A stretch of 64,000 nt of DNA from Octopus vulgaris (GCA_951406725.2 OX597843.1:20708001-20772000); one strand, 5' to 3'; counted from the first letter of the stretch, positions 1 through 14,717 are shown. Numbers and translations are program-made. Notes: generated from the sequence alone by a model not told the origin.

Positions 1-1379
1 TCTCGTCCGTGATCGGAACATGTTCCTCCCCTCCCGCACTCCCAGAATCCTTCGGTGAGCACCCATTATTACTCACCTTCTTCCTTTTGCGGCTCTTCTT
101 TGAGGCATCCTCTGTCTCATAAGCCGCCTGCATTCCTTCTTCTACAGAGGTCTCCGTCAACAGCTCCAGGACTTAGCTTTGCAGTTGAGGACAGTTATTT
201 TTTATATGGCCAGGCTCCAGGCATCGATAACACTTGGAGGGGGCTCCCTCAAGCATCACCGGATACTTGGACCAGCCGATTCTCAAAAAGTCTGGACATA
301 CAAGACTTTCGGCTGACTTGGTCCAGAGGGTCAAAACAGCTTTTGACCCCTCCCAGTAAGCCGCAGGCAGAATATTTACATTGAAGAGCTTGGTGCTACT
401 GCCACCCAGACCCCGGCGGATAGTATCTCCTATCCACTCGGGCTCAGCACCGAGTGGAAAGCCGCAAACCCAAGCCCTCGTCAAATTCTTCCCACAATAA
501 GTGGGAAGAAACAAAATTTCATTGCCTTCCTGGAGCTGGCACGCAAAATCACAATCCACTTCTGGGATGTAAAATAGTACCACACGGTTGCATATTTGAC
601 CCTCCGAGTGATAAACTTAATAGCTGGCTTAAATTCTGCCATCTCTCTTTCGTTAATATTTTTTGAAAACGGCAATGGCGTCGAGGATCCTAGAGTAGGT
701 CCTCAAAACCACCGTCTTACTTTCAAGTTCTTTTAATCATCTTTTGGGTGGTATAAATTCCCACTCCACCAACATTCCATTGTTCTTTCCCATGTTTCTT
801 TTAATAAAAGTTAAAAAAAAACACCTCATAAAATACAAAATAATTAAGGAAAAAGAAGGAAGTGAAAATAGTCTAAACAAAATGGAAGGAGAAAAAATTA
901 ACAGTTCAATAAAGAGTCTTTTTTAAATAAAAGAGGGGTGAAAACAGAGCAGCAGTTCAAAACACAGCAAAGGACACTCGGTACTCCAGGCCAAAATTTT
1001 AACGCAAATCATTCCAATTTTCTTCTCATAGGTAATCCTTAACAGGAACAATATTGTTGAAATCTTTTCTAAAAATTCCCAGAGTTATTCCTGGACAAAC
1101 ACGATTCTCAAACAAAATTTTGCGGCAGGATACGCCCACAAAAACAATAATTTTCACGGTTAAGTGAAAAAATATTCGCTCAGCTACAGGTAGACTAGAA
1201 TCCAGTGAGGACTTCTTGTTTGCAAATAATAATTGCGGTAGACAACAGGTCCCCACTAGACCCACAAAAATTCTTACCTTACAGCTGAGTTTCAAATATC
1301 TTCAATTTAAGACTGCTTCAAAAACACGTCTTTATAGTTTCAGTATCAAACACAACTCTGATTCGCACATGCTCAATGA
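1..1379 (-). mobile_element. L1/Tx1-type ORF1 (gag-like CCHC knuckle) element, 5' part, frameshifted
   Basis: ORF 173..583(-) ends in CYRCLEPGHIKNNC (CX2CX4HX4C). The upstream frame continues in 481..675. Full copy at 39600-41397. Confidence 0.75.
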
Positions 1380-1416
1380 GGTAAGCGAGCTATTTACCAC
1401 AGAGCCACTCCTGCAC
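1380..1416 (-). mobile_element. 5' head of a tRNA-derived SINE
   Basis: Minus strand reads GTGCAGGAGTGGCTCTGTGGTAAATAGCTCGCTTACC, with A-box-like TGGCNNNGTGG. Copy at 41398-41434. Confidence 0.55.
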
Positions 1417-1429
1417 TCGCTCTGGTGAA

Positions 1430-2722
1430 GATTTTCAATTTTTTTTTCACCGCAACGCTTGAAATGATGGCAGGAAGGTCTTTAAAAATTGTTTGAATGT
1501 GTTTTCATTTTTTTCAAATCCCCAATCCCAAGCGGTACCGATTTTGGCCAATGCTTTTTAACGAGGCATTAACAAAAGTTTTAACAGAAAAATTTTGGAA
1601 ATCGGTGATCACCATTGTGATCCACACATTTTTTCAAACAAAATGTGAAACCTAATTTGAAAACAATGGCGACATTTTAAAATTTTGTTCATTAACCTCG
1701 CATATTCCCAAAACGATGTTATTTTCCCAGCAGCTTTTGCATTTTTTGTCCAATTTTAATGAAAATCGATGAGTGAGCAAGGTTCATGGCAGTGAGTTGA
1801 TTTCAGTATATGACGTTGAGAAAAAAATGGTAATTGGGCCGGAGCAGTGGTTTTATAAAATCAATAGACGTTTTGCGTGCAAATACCCATAGGGGATTTA
1901 TTTTTGGCCGTAAATTTCATATTTTTCATCCGATTTTAATGAAATATGAAGTGTAGATAAATGTGCATACAGACATTATTAACGATTTTGTAGAAATTTT
2001 ACACGTGATTACAGTTCATGTCCATTAGTTGATACCAGATTAAGAGTTGACAAAAAATCGATAACTGCGTTTTCAAAAATCAATCGGCTTATTGTATGCA
2101 ATCACACATAGGATTAGTATTTTAGGCTGTAACTTTTACACAATTCATCCGATTTTGATGAACTTCGACTTTTAGGTAAAGTTTAAGGCCTGAGTCATGT
2201 AGTAGCATTAAAATTAAAATAATGAAAGGCAGAAATCGTCAAAATCATTCACAATGAAATAACGAACTGATTTTGAAGAAAATTGTCCAGTGTGTAAAAT
2301 TATAATATATAAAACGTCGGTTATTTATATAACGTATTGAGATTAAAATGTCAATGGAATATTTTCATGTAAATGGTCACATGGATTCTATTTTATGACA
2401 TAACCTTACCACTTTTCTTTAGATTTTACTCAGATTGGACACACTGCTTAATTTTGTACCAAGAATGACATTCAGGGGGAGAAATAAACAGACATCACTC
2501 TCAATGTGTCGAAGTACACCCAAACGTTTCACTGCTATTTCAGACGGTCCAGTATATAGGAGTATGTCAAAAGCGTTAAGCGGGTAAAATCCCTGCCGAA
2601 TCAGATATAACATCTTAATTGGTAACAGTTGGTAGAGAGAATGTAGAAGATTTCAATACAAGGTCAGAGATGGGCTTAACTTCTAAACGGAAAACACGAG
2701 TAAAGCCGGGTCCAACATCGTG
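1430..2722 (+). repeat. Non-coding dispersed repeat, probably a non-autonomous Helitron-type element
   Basis: Three copies (here, 31680-32345, 41450-42815). Internal repeated motif CATCCGATTTT(A/G)ATGAA. The 3' end CGAGTAAAGCCGGGT resembles the Helitron terminal hairpin at 50945. Confidence 0.55.
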
Positions 2723-2765
2723 TATATATGTATATATATATGGAGGCACATGAGCATATATATAT

Positions 2766-2975
2766 GGAGGCAGAAGTTCTAGTGGTTAGAGCAGCAGACT
2801 CGCGCTCGAGGGATCGCGGTTTCGAATCTCAGATTATGCGATGTTTGTTTATGAGCGGAACTCCTCAGCTCCACCACATTCTCTCACTCTTTCCTCCTAC
2901 TTCTAGCAGCTCACCGGCAGAGGTCCAGTGCCCCGTCCCTTATGAGCCAGGCATGGCTCGAGAATGAACAAACAA
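2766..2975 (+). mobile_element. tRNA-derived SINE
   Basis: CTAGTGGTTAGAGC A-box-like and GTTTCGAATC B-box-like motifs, AAAC tail. Paralog at 42853-43112. Confidence 0.7.
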
Positions 2976-3467
2976 CAATATATATATACTATTTATTTAT
3001 TTAATGGACACAGTACCTGACTTTAAGTTCAGTTTCATATGTTGGGGGATATCTCAAACAAATACACCAGGCACAAACAACATATCATTACGAACTAAAG
3101 AAAAATGAATAAGAGAAGAAACTTGAGAAAACTGAGAATATAGCATATAGAAAATGTAGAAAGTTAAAAAAAAAGAAAATGAAAACACAAAAATCTAAAA
3201 ATGAAAAAGTAGAAAAGGTGAAAGTGTAATCCTTTTTAGCTCTTAAATTAAAGGGCTGGAAAGATTACAAAATGTTAATAAAGAATAGGCAGCGAACTTA
3301 GCTTTGCTTGTGTCCTGATGTCGGAAGATGGCTACGTGATTAGCATACCGATTTTTAAAATTATTCTTTTTATCTAAGTATGTATGTATATATAAGTATG
3401 TATGTATGTATCTTTGTATGTTTCTATCTGTCTCTCTCGCTCTATCTAAATTATCTATCTATTTATC

Positions 3468-5900
3468 CGACGTTTTGGCCGCGAGGTTGGCCCTCGACCA
3501 ACACTTCAACGCCAAACACGAAGGGTGTGTTGTCAGAGCTATGATGCGTGGTCTAATGATCGAAGGCATTAGAGCCGCGAGAGAAGCCCGGGTGGCAGAG
3601 GCGCAACAGGGCAACAATGGCACCATTCAGACTCTGGTAGATGAACGGGGGCGCGAATTGCTGGAGCCAAGTAAAATGTGTGAGGCCTTCCAACAGCATT
3701 TTGCCCAACTGTTCGGGACTATTGGCGAGCAAGAACTTAGGGTGGACTTCGGTACCTACCTACACAGCCTACCACGATTCTCGACAAGAGAGGCAGGGCG
3801 CTGCGAAGGTGCCATCAGGGCGGCGGAAGTGCAGGACGCGATAGCAGAATGCTCGAGAGACAAATCGACGGGTTTTGTTTGTCTACACCACGAGCTTTAC
3901 AGTTGTATGCCAGACTTTTTGGAGACGTCTTGGCTGCGGTGTACTGCAACTGGCAGCAAAACTGGAGCATTCCTGGTTTTGTGATCCGAGGAGCCGTAAC
4001 ACTGCTGAAGAAAGATCTAAACAAGGGGAATGTTATAGATAACTTTGGACCCATTACTCTGCTGAATGCAGACTTGAAAATTTTGGCCAATGTGTTAGCC
4101 AAGAGGTTGGCGCTTGTCATCGAGAAACTGGTCGACAAGGCGTAAACGTGCGCCGTGCCGGGCCGGAGCATCCATGACGACCGCCACCTGATGCGCTACA
4201 TCATAGACAGGGTAGTTAAGGAATCTGGCACGGGTGGAGCGCAGATCAATTTGGATCAATCGAAAGCTTTCGATAGGGTAGACCATCGATACTTGGAAGC
4301 TGTCCTCAGAGCGGCTGGATTCGGTCCCGTCTTCCGCGGCTGGATAGCCGCTTTGTACACAGGCCTCCGTACGTTAATTCGTGTAAATGGACTTCTATAG
4401 AAACCTTTAGACATTGCACGTTATGTCCGTCAGGGATGCCTCCTCTCGTCGCCTCTGAACGCATTGACTCTCGAGCCATTATTACGGAAGCTGCCAACTA
4501 TGAGGGTCATCCCACGAGAATTGGGATTCGTGACGAGCGTGTCGGCATACGCGGACGACGACACCGTCATAGTGTCTAGCCACGAGCACATCGAGCATGT
4601 CGGCGGGACACTGAAATACTACGTAGCGGTGACAGGAGCAAAAATCAACCGGGATACATCAGTGGGCTTGCGATTCGGCACCTGGAGAAGCAAGCCCATG
4701 CAGTCCACCAGCGCCTCCGTCGTGGGACGCTGGACCGACGGTCCGGTCGAGTTTCTCGGGGTCTGGTTTGGGCGAGACCTCCAAATGGAGAAAAAGTGGA
4801 ACGAGATAATGAGCAGGGTGGCCACTCTCGCCCGGCAATGGGCCGAGAGAAACTGTCCCTAAAATGTCGGGCGGAGGTGGCGAACTCGTACATCGCGTAC
4901 GTCATCTACTACCGCCTGACCGTCGTGCCTTGTCCCGACCCTACCAGCACCAAACTAGAACGCATTCTCTTTCGCGTCTTGAGGAAAGGATGCGTTCCGA
5001 TGGTCAGGCGATCCATTTGCTGTCAACACCCGTTAAAGGGGAGGACTGGCCATGCCTTTTTTTATGATGCGCAGACACGCGCTGAGACTGCGAAATCTCA
5101 GGCTCTACGTAGACGACGGTGAACAGGTGTGAACTCATCTCCATGACCGAACTGAAGCCGTGGATCAAAAAGAGGCCGAGAAGGGGCGAATGGCACCGCG
5201 AGTGTCCCGTTGCTGTCAAGCAACTATGCAGTCCCGTGTCGACCATGAGTGACATCAACACAACCAAAGCATTCTATAGGGGATTAGTGGAGGGGAGGTG
5301 CGACGACGAACTCGGGGCGAACCTGGACGTCGACGAGGAATATCTGACCCGCCTGTACAGGACGACTTTCGGGCCAGCGCCCATTCACAGCATCCAGAGA
5401 TCCTTTACCTGGCAGTGCTACCGAGAAGCGCTACTCCTTCGGGATAAGCTCTACAGACACGGCTCGAGGAACACGGTGCCGACCTGCCCGAGATGCGGTC
5501 AGAATGACGAAACAGTTCTGCACGCACTCGTGCAGTGTCCAAACATTTCCGAACTGTGGGCTTATGTCGAACAACTTCTGTCACGTGTGGGACGAGTCGG
5601 TTAAACAGCCGAGTCTATCGTCAATATTGTCACGCCTCTTTCTTTCAAGCAGAAAGGAAGAGCTATTTTCATCATATGGCGACATAATGTATCTGGTGGA
5701 CGCGTATGAAAGGATTGGAGACAAACACTTTCCTCTCTGGTCAATCTCTCAACATCTTCTTGTATCATCTCTTCAAGTATCACTTGAAAAAAAAAGTGAG
5801 AGCAGAGAGGCAAGTTTTGTCTAGCGAATGTTTTAAGAAAGATGGGTGAATGTAGCAAGGATGGTACGTATGAATGACGAAGCATAATCCTATGAAACCG
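3468..5900 (+). mobile_element. Tx1/L1-clade LINE ORF2 (RT plus C-terminal zinc finger), 5'-truncated and decayed
   Basis: PITLLNADLKILA, NLDQSKAFDRVDH, VRQGC, SAYADD and CPRCGQNDETVLHALVQC across frameshifted ORFs 3406-5604. Confidence 0.92.
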
Positions 5901-5940
5901 GAAGTTTAAGACAGAGGGTTACTTGAAAACAAATGTGGTA

Positions 5941-8900
5941 ATTAAGAAATTTTTAGGAAAATTAATTATGTGCGCGGGTTTAAGTGAAGTGTTTGAAGTT
6001 ACTCCTGGCAGTAAATTATGAACTTACATTTATCAGTAATTCCTTCAACAACAACAAACACAAAACACAAAACGTTGCAAAAGTAAATAAGAAATTTACA
6101 GAAGTGTACGGATTGAATTGGAATTTATGAAGTTACAGCCTCCGGGAAAATCAGCAGAGAAAAGAAAGATTCCAGCATCTCACCTCAACCTTTTCTTACC
6201 AATGGCTTTAATGACTGCATCGGCGATCCCTTTCTGCTCGTTGGTAAGGGTTGCAATGAGTGGGTGCTTCATGTCATCTTTCTGCTCAACCCGTTACATT
6301 CCAATTGGTTCAAGCAAGCTAATATTAAACCAGCTAATGCCATTTTCAATTAACACAGAATTTATGAAGTGTAGAGTCTGCATTCAGCCCTCGGTGAGCA
6401 TAATCTTCCATTATAGAATTCTTGTCAGTATTCCACAGGCGAAGAAAATTGGAAGTGATTTGAATAGGTGCAGAGGACGCAAACGTGATACGCAACTGAA
6501 ATGGCATCCGATTCGCAGTAGCTTCAAGTATAGTATGCTCCAAACCCTCATCATTTTGGAGGAGACCAACTCATATGTACGCATCTTTAAATGTTGCATA
6601 GATTTCACCTCCTACAGTGCTCACTTCTCAAAGCGCTCAGCACCTGGAACATCCGAAATAGCAATCGTAAATGAAATTTTTTTACGTCCTTAGGACTCAC
6701 TGTGTTCATTCTGCAGCCGATGGTATTGTTTTTCTCCTGAGTGTTCATGGTTTTTGGACGTTCATTAAACACATAACGCATAGGAATGTTAGGGTACAAG
6801 TACTTCCGTTAATCGTGCTCATTCAGTTTGAACCATGCAGTGAGAGTATTGTCACGATCTCTCTGTTCTTGAGCAGGTTGCTAAGTGCTACCTATGTGAA
6901 AGCTCAGTCTCCGCTGGTCTTCAAAGTGAACTGCTAAACTGTAGACAGTGTGGGACTAGTCATGCAGCTTGTACGTAGACATTCTCCATAAGGCTTCAGA
7001 AGGTGAAACATATCAACAGGCAAAATAATTTCTGATATAGCCTTGGGGTTGCTGAGTCTGTCCACCTTCTGCAACTGCATCATTCCTTACTTCAACTGAA
7101 GCGCTATCACGACCGTTTTAGACATACTTGCATATATACTTGACATTTTTACAGATGAGCAAACTTCAACTTTTACAGATGAGCAAACTTCAACTTTAAT
7201 AGGTAAGCATAGAATGGAACGACATACCAGTTGTTAAAAGAATGGCATCCAACTTGTGATGTGATCCCTTTATTGTGCCTCCGGTACTATGGATATCCAT
7301 TAATATTTAGTAGTGTCTCATTTCTGTAGTTCTTGGGAAACTTTGTTTGGCAAGAGCCATTCCCCATGTATTGCGATGAGGGGTTATCAACACCATAAGG
7401 TCTAAGTCTCATGAATTTTTTAAAATTAAATCATGTAAGACGGGGTCATCATTTGAATCAGAAATTTCTGCTGGTACCATTCTGTCTATATCATCTCTGA
7501 TCTTCACTTTGTCTACGAGCATATGGCAGTGTGGAAGTCCTCTCTTTTGAAACTCAATGACACGGACATGAGTTAGTCTTACACCAAATACATGTCTGTC
7601 CACCATATCCTTCAGAAATCCAATGATATATCGGTTTTCAAAAGTCTTATTTCGCTGCAGATTATGTTCTCTCTCATGGCAATTAGGGTTTTCAGGGTGC
7701 AGTTATTTCATTGCTAGGGGAAAAATTGTAGCGCCTTATATATCCCGTTCTTTTGAAATGTATTTCACACTTTCGTAATTGTACATATTCACGACTGGCA
7801 CTTCCAATCTCTTGTTGTTCAATTAAGTGCATGTTCCCTTATAACTCAGCCTAAGGATTTACTTGTTGCACATGACACCCATTCTTTGAGAAGAGCTTTG
7901 GGAGTTCTGACTTGCTTCCACTCTGTGATGCATTAATAATATACAACTGACTGTACTGCAGGCGACCATTGACAGTTCGTAGTGTTGTGCTAAGTTTGGC
8001 CCTGAATACGTTCTATATCCTGGTATTGGATATATAATTTAACGAAGCTATTTACACGACGCAATACGATTACTATTACGTGAGACTCGACGCTCTCTGC
8101 CAACGGATCATAGGGAAATGCTTACCAATCAATTGTTCACAATCAATTGCTTACGACTAGACAGTTCTCCATGTAATGGAAATGTGTCAGACCACTTTTA
8201 GTCACTTGGAAGGTTGTCAGAATCTTTCCACAGCATCTCCCCTTTATAGAATTAGTCTCCCCTAAATTCTCCACTTGAGAATTAAAGTCGCTCAGAGTTT
8301 TAATATCTCTTATACTTAGGGCTCAATTCTTGTTTTTCCATTCGTTTCGTTTTCTGGTGCTAGAATGTGTAATTACAAATTGTTTCTGTGTTGGTACCTC
8401 AAACGTGTCGTGCAATTTTCTCATGAGAAATTCACTTCTTTTGTCTGATTTTTCCTTGAATCAGGTTTTAAGTTGGTTAATAAGTCTTTTATGTTCGATA
8501 TTTGTTTTACCTTTTACCAGGAATATCATTCTTGCAATTTATTTAATAATTGTACCATCCTCCCAGCCTTCTTTACTATATCTATAGGTCTTTAAAAAAC
8601 ATTATCTCCTAACTTGAAGAATTTTGATATATTGTTCCTTTTTTTATATTTTCACTCGGTATCGGCTGATCAAAGATGGATCTGATCTTTCTGACAAAGA
8701 TCGAATATCACTGTAACCAGAGATGTCGGCTTTCTATATTAATGCACTTCAGACCACGTTGAAAAACACTCCCCCACAATGAAGTGATATGAAACCTTAA
8801 GTGATTTTGGCCACGGGTGCCATTTCGTGACGGGTGTATTTGGATCTAGAGAACAGCGTATTGCATACTATCACTATATCTTCAACGTTATAGTCCGTTG

Positions 8901-11900
8901 TTGGCCAGTATACCTAACTTCTCATTAACGATTTCATTATCGAAATCCCTTTGACTCAATATGAAATTCCTTTAGTAATTGCTTTTGTAGTGTGGCTGGC
9001 ACTACGACTCTTTGTGCATACATCAGCACATTGTCACACCTCGTGATAGGCTCGAATATCTTTTATCTCTTTAACACTTCTGCATTTCTTTCATTTTGTA
9101 ATGAATATATCGTTTCCCAATTGTAATTTTATGTCCTGTAACGTAAATAGCAGTTCGCGCATGGAGTTATACAGTTTGCTTTTAATTTCATTTTCCGCTC
9201 GCAAAGTAGCAATCACGGTATCTTCAAATGGTTCAGCATTTTCTGAAATCTGTCTTGATAAACAATTAGCATGTCCTAATTATTTAGATGGTATATACTC
9301 TATCTTAAATTCATAGTTTAATAATACAGTACCCCAGTGCTGCAGCCTATTAGCAGTACGGCTAGATATTTATTTCTTTGAATCATATACTGATAATAAC
9401 GGACGATGATCTGTCTGTATTCAAAAACTTCTGCCGTGTAAAAATCTATGCAATTTTTACTGCAAAAATAATTACAAGAGCCTCTTTTTTGATTTGGCTG
9501 TAATATTTTCTGCTGATATCAAGAACCACCGCCTTCATGTTACCATCTTTTTATTTATGTAGCATTACTGCGCCGATACAGTATTCAGAGGCATCTGAAG
9601 TTACAACATTCTTCGCTACAGAATCGAAGCGTGCTAACAACAAATCAGATGTTAATATTTTAAAATTTCGTCGAATTCCCTTTGACAATTTTCAGAGCAA
9701 TTTCAATTGACATTTTTTAAATACGTAATCTACTGTAACACTTACCCTATGCACAATTAGAATATAAGTTTGGTAATAATTAGCCTGTCTCCAAAGCAAT
9801 CATGTAAGGTCATTATATTTGTCGGGGGGGGGGGGCATGTATTTAATTGCGTCTGCCTTCAACGGATCTGGTCCTCGTCCATTTCTTTCAATTGTTTGTC
9901 CAATTTTATTTTTGTTAAGAAGAAAATTCACGCTTTCTTTTTCAATGTAATCCCTAATTTTTTCGAACATATATATTACGTGCTCTACATGTTGATCCCG
10001 TGATTCGCTTTTAATGAGTATATCATCCAGATATGGAAATGCAAATTCACTATCCGCTAACACTGCATCCATAAGCTGTTGAAAAATCACCGGTGTGACA
10101 TTTCAGACACATAGTAACATGTTGTGTATATATGTGCATTAATTTTTAGGTATTTATAGCATTCATCGTCTACTCTAAGATGTAGGTACGCATCAGAGAT
10201 ATCGAATTAAGAATATACCTTGCCACCGTCTAATTTTACAAATATATCCCCCAGGTTAGGTAGCTGATAGTGGAACGTTTTAAGACACTCATTTAAACCA
10301 GTGGAAAAAATCAGCATACACTCTGATTTTGATTATTTGTTTCTAACGATGCAAAAGTTTATCTGTTCCAACGATGCCAAAGTTACAGTTCGTTTATATT
10401 TAAATACCGGTTTGGCATTTACTTTTACTTGGAACTTCGTTTTCGTTGTGATGCTGAGATCTAATTTATCAGAGAGAACTTAGGAAAAATCTTTTAAAAT
10501 TATTTTTACAAATCGTCCGACGATTCATTTGTATTGGCAAGAAAACCATTCACATTTTTACTGAAAAGATTTATGTGGAGTTCCCATAAGTTAAACAATT
10601 CTGTTCAGTGTTCCGAATAAATTTGTGATATTATTCAACACAAAACCTTTGGTTTTTAAGGTTTTCCCACGAAATAGAACGTGATTTATCATTACGCCAT
10701 TAAAATGTAATTATTTTCCACCTGCAATTTTCGAAATGTCTTTTAATCTAGGTCTTCTCTCTTTTTTCTATGTATCTGTGTTAATTATCGAGATATCACT
10801 GCCCTTATCTAGTTGTAACTTTACGTACACAAATTTCCTTTGAGGCTGTTCGGTTTTTGGTCACCGATAACCTGTTTTCGAGTTTTCTTTCTGTTGAACT
10901 GTTTTCCAGGTTTTTTCTACAGTGTGATTTTTTTATGATCTCTCTTGCCACATTTGACGCCTTTTATATTTTTAAACGGGCAATTACTTTTAAAATGTTG
11001 ACCACCGCACCCACAACATGGATTCGATATTCACATTTGTTTCTCTTATTTCTTATCCGTTACGGTGGAGACACTGGAATATGAGAGCAATCTTTTTCTT
11101 CAATTTCGTTTTGGGCGTCGCTTTCTTCATTTTTTTCTGCGTCGTCTTTCCTGACATTTTTCTGCTTCTGTTTGTAGAGTTACTTTTTGTCCAGTTCTAA
11201 TTTTGTTGACATCCGTGAACATATATTTCCATCTTTGCTTGCAGTTAGGCCTTAAACAAAAAATATGCATTTGAACAGCATCTTAATACATATAATTTGA
11301 ATTATTTACACTTTCCGTTAACAGCCTCGGCACAGGTGACGAAATCTTCATGTTTTGGGACAAAATATAAAACTATCCTCAACTATTTAGCAGAGAACTT
11401 CTTTCACTGAAACGTTTTGATAAAATTTCGTTTTTGGATTTTAAACGGGCAGTTACTTTTAAAATGTAGACCACAACATGGTCTCCTTCTTGACATTTTT
11501 TCTCTTATTTCTTATCCGTTACGGTGGAGACACTGGAATATGAGAGCAATCTTTTTCTTCCCTTTTTCTGCGTCGTGTTCCCTGGCATTCTTCTGCTTCT
11601 GTCTGTAGAGTTAATTTAAGGAACAAGGGGGAAAGGAAGTATTTACACGACGCGAATCGATTACCCAACACTCTCTGTCAATGGCTCACAGTGAACTATT
11701 TACCAATTAATTACTGAAGACTCGGCAGTTGTCTATTTAATAGGAATGTGTCAGTTCCCTTTTAGTCAATTGGAAGGTTGTCGGAATCCTTCCACAACAA
11801 TACAGAAACAATGTAGACCTCTTACTTGTGGCACAGAGAGTTTGACACCAAATGACGTAAAGGAAGATATGCAGTTGTAATTGCTGATGTTTTTTTTCGA

Positions 11901-12803
11901 AATGAAGCAGACTCTTGGTAATTTTCTCAGACAAACGCTTCAATGTCTGAGGGTTTAGTTGCAGTGGAGGAAAATTCACTTTCTTATTGTGACAGAACAT
12001 GAAGTTTTCATATTTAAAGTTCAGTGCTCCACAATACTCGCAATATAAGTACATATCACCAATACGATAGGTTCGTTTAGGATTATTGAGTCAGTTCAGT
12101 GGTAGTCCATGTCTTCCTTCACGCTTTCGTTGCACCTGTTCATCTCGCAAACGTAACACCTGTTCAGCATTCATACTTGCAACTCCATCTTGATGTCTCT
12201 CTGTTTGACCTTGGAGACAAGCAGCCCTTTCCAAATCGTCCATATTCTCCCTTCTCTGTTACATTACGCTTTTCTGTTGTTCTTGATACTGCGCACACTG
12301 CATATCATTCATGATTTCCATTCTCCGCTGAAATATCAATCTTTGTTGTTCCTTGTACTGTGTTTGTTCTTCCTCATCCTGTCTTCTACCTTGGTCTCGC
12401 ATTCTCTCTCACTACAATTATGCCTTGCGTTGCTCTTAGTCTGTTGCATATCGTCTCATCTGTTGGTACCATTTGTCCCTTTCTCTGGATTCTTACCGCT
12501 GTTCTTTTATCTGCTGCCTGTAGTGCCTAGCCCTCTCGCGAGTAGCTTCTAATCTCCTTTATCCATTGTTCAGTCAAGTTTTGTAATTTGCTTATTTCAT
12601 AAGCACAGCTTTGAAACAAGGACCAAATAACCGTAAACTGCGAATTTCTATCTCGCCGTAGCACAAAGCACAACTAACGGCAGAGTGTATGAGAAGCAGT
12701 AACAATATCAACTGGAATCTTGCAGAGATGGAATTTACTGTGTCCAACATTATTTTAATTGAAATATATATATTTTAATTATAAAGTGTATATTTATTAA
12801 TTG

Positions 12804-12864
<61 letters not shown>

Positions 12865-13538
12865 AATATATATTCATAGATATATATATATACGCCTTAC
12901 ATTTGACACTGTAAATAAGTGTGAAAATTTAACAGAATTGCAGTTATGAGCATGCGTTAAGTGATAGGGGATATAAAATACTTAGTTCAATTCAAAAGTT
13001 ACTTTGCATTATGCAATCACAATTACCACCATAACCACTACCACCACTACCACTGTCTCTCACTCCCCTTTCTCTCATTTTTTACAGTTTTTCTATCTAT
13101 CTATCTTTTTATCGATTATCTGCCTTCCTTTAATCTCACCATCAGAACATCACCGTTCTGCTAAAATTATATTCGTAACCCTCCTCAATATCACTACCTT
13201 CAACTAACTTTTTCGTCACGTAATAAATATCACCTTCCCCCTACCACATGTCCTCTTCCTCTTTTTCTCCCTCGGTTTTTTCTGTCTCCCCTTTTCTCCC
13301 TCTCCCTCTCTTTCTGCCCCACTCTTCGACTTACTTTCGTATTCTCATTCGTTTTTCTTTCTCTTGGTCTCTCTTTCCATTCAACTAATGACGTGAAAGC
13401 ATTACAGTCACGTTCCTTGTACCTCAGGTCATGGACATTTCTCTCTCGCTCTTTTTCGTTCTCCCTCTTTTTCTCTAATCACGAGAAAGCGTTACCGACG
13501 GACTAATTAACATAATGACAAGCAGAATTATTATAAGA
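5941..13538 (-). mobile_element. Decayed autonomous-type Helitron (RepHel), interrupted by a Gypsy element
   Basis: Rep motif VIEFQKRGLPHCHML (7409..7606), N-terminal CEYCGALNFKYE zinc motif (11737..12054), QYSQLYII near 7940, LTNEQK at the helicase start near 6245, and 5' terminus A|TCTTATAATAA at 13538. Confidence 0.88.
8010..11799 (-). mobile_element. Ty3/Gypsy LTR retrotransposon, decayed
   Basis: RT FPYLDDILIKS (9800..10090), RNase H TSDASEY...YSQIKKEALVIIFAVK, protease-like LQLDKGSDISII. LTRs at 8010-8235 and ~11612-11799, PPT AAAGGGGAGA next to 8235, ATAC duplicated at 8006-8009 and 11800-11803. Confidence 0.9.
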
Positions 13539-14080
13539 TCAGAAATATTATATTTAAGTTTTCTTCATGACAGACTCCTTCGTTTCTTCATTATTTTTTA
13601 CATCATTCTTTTCTTCAGCTCCTACATTTTCTGCCACTTCTCTTATTGTTGTTTTAACGTTGTTGCTGTTGTTGTTGCTCATCATCGTTATCATCATAAT
13701 CAACATCATCATCTTCTCCTTCTTCTTCTTCTTCTTCTTCTACTACTACTACTACTACTACTACTACCACTACTACTGTTGTTGCTGCTGCTTCATCGTT
13801 GTTTTCTTCTTCGGCCTATTCTTCATCATCAACTTTCTCTTATGTTAGTCATCTTCTTCATAATAAGATCACGATATGTCATCCAATGTATTTTCCATAA
13901 ACTAAATGTCTTTCTTATCTTCTTTATTTACCCTCATTCTTATACAATTCATATTGTCTGGCAATTTGGGTTTGCCTTTCTGTAAGAAAGTGGGAATATA
14001 TGTGTGGCCTGGAAGTGAGTGTGTGCGTTTATACATCAGGGTTTGATAAGGTATATATAGGTGGATGTGTGTATGTACAC

Positions 14081-14146
<66 letters not shown>

Positions 14147-14680
14147 TGTTGTTGTATTTAGGAATGGTCATTTTGCCAGTTTCGCCAATAAAAACACACG
14201 CACTATATATTTGGTGTTATTTTGCTTCTGCGTTATTTATTTTTTACATTAATCTAAATTTTATTTCGGCCAGATTTCTTTCGGACGTATATAAACATGA
14301 GATACAAATATTATAGGCACCTCCCCCACACACACACTAACTAAACATAGACACATATAGAGGTATACCCATGCGAAAATGAAGACACGTACAATAGGAA
14401 TACAAAATACAAAATGGCTGATCGTTAATAAGGAGAGACACACAAATATGAAAGGAAAAAACAAAGGACTACTGATGAGGTCACAGGAGTGTGACGAAAG
14501 TACTTTGGTCGAAATAAGATTAATGTAAAAAATAAATACACTGAAGCAAAGTAACACCAAATATATAGTGCGTGTGTTTTTATTGGCTAAACTGGCAAAA
14601 TTACCATTCCAAAATACAACAATATCTGTTTCAACACACGATTTAACATCAAAATTCTTGCAAATCAAATGCATAATCGT
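14147..14680. mobile_element. Non-coding PLE-derived element with ~130-bp inverted termini and a hammerhead motif
   Basis: 14150-14283 is the reverse complement of ~14495-14623. Family members at 20840-21915 and 61355-61870. Confidence 0.7.
14467..14510 (+). ncRNA. Minimal type I hammerhead ribozyme motif
   Basis: GACTA-CTGATGA-g-GTCAC aggagt GTGAC-GAAA-GTAC-TT-TGGTC: stems I and II pair, stem III is palindromic. Confidence 0.75.
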
Positions 14681-14683
14681 GTC

Positions 14684-14717
<34 letters not shown>

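Noticed and set aside
3310-3360. Possible hammerhead (CTGATGT...CCGATTT)
   Set aside because: Both core halves are broken, and copy B (~43452) reads TTATGT.
7146-7196. 24-bp tandem duplication in the Helitron
   Set aside because: Ordinary slippage in a dead element.
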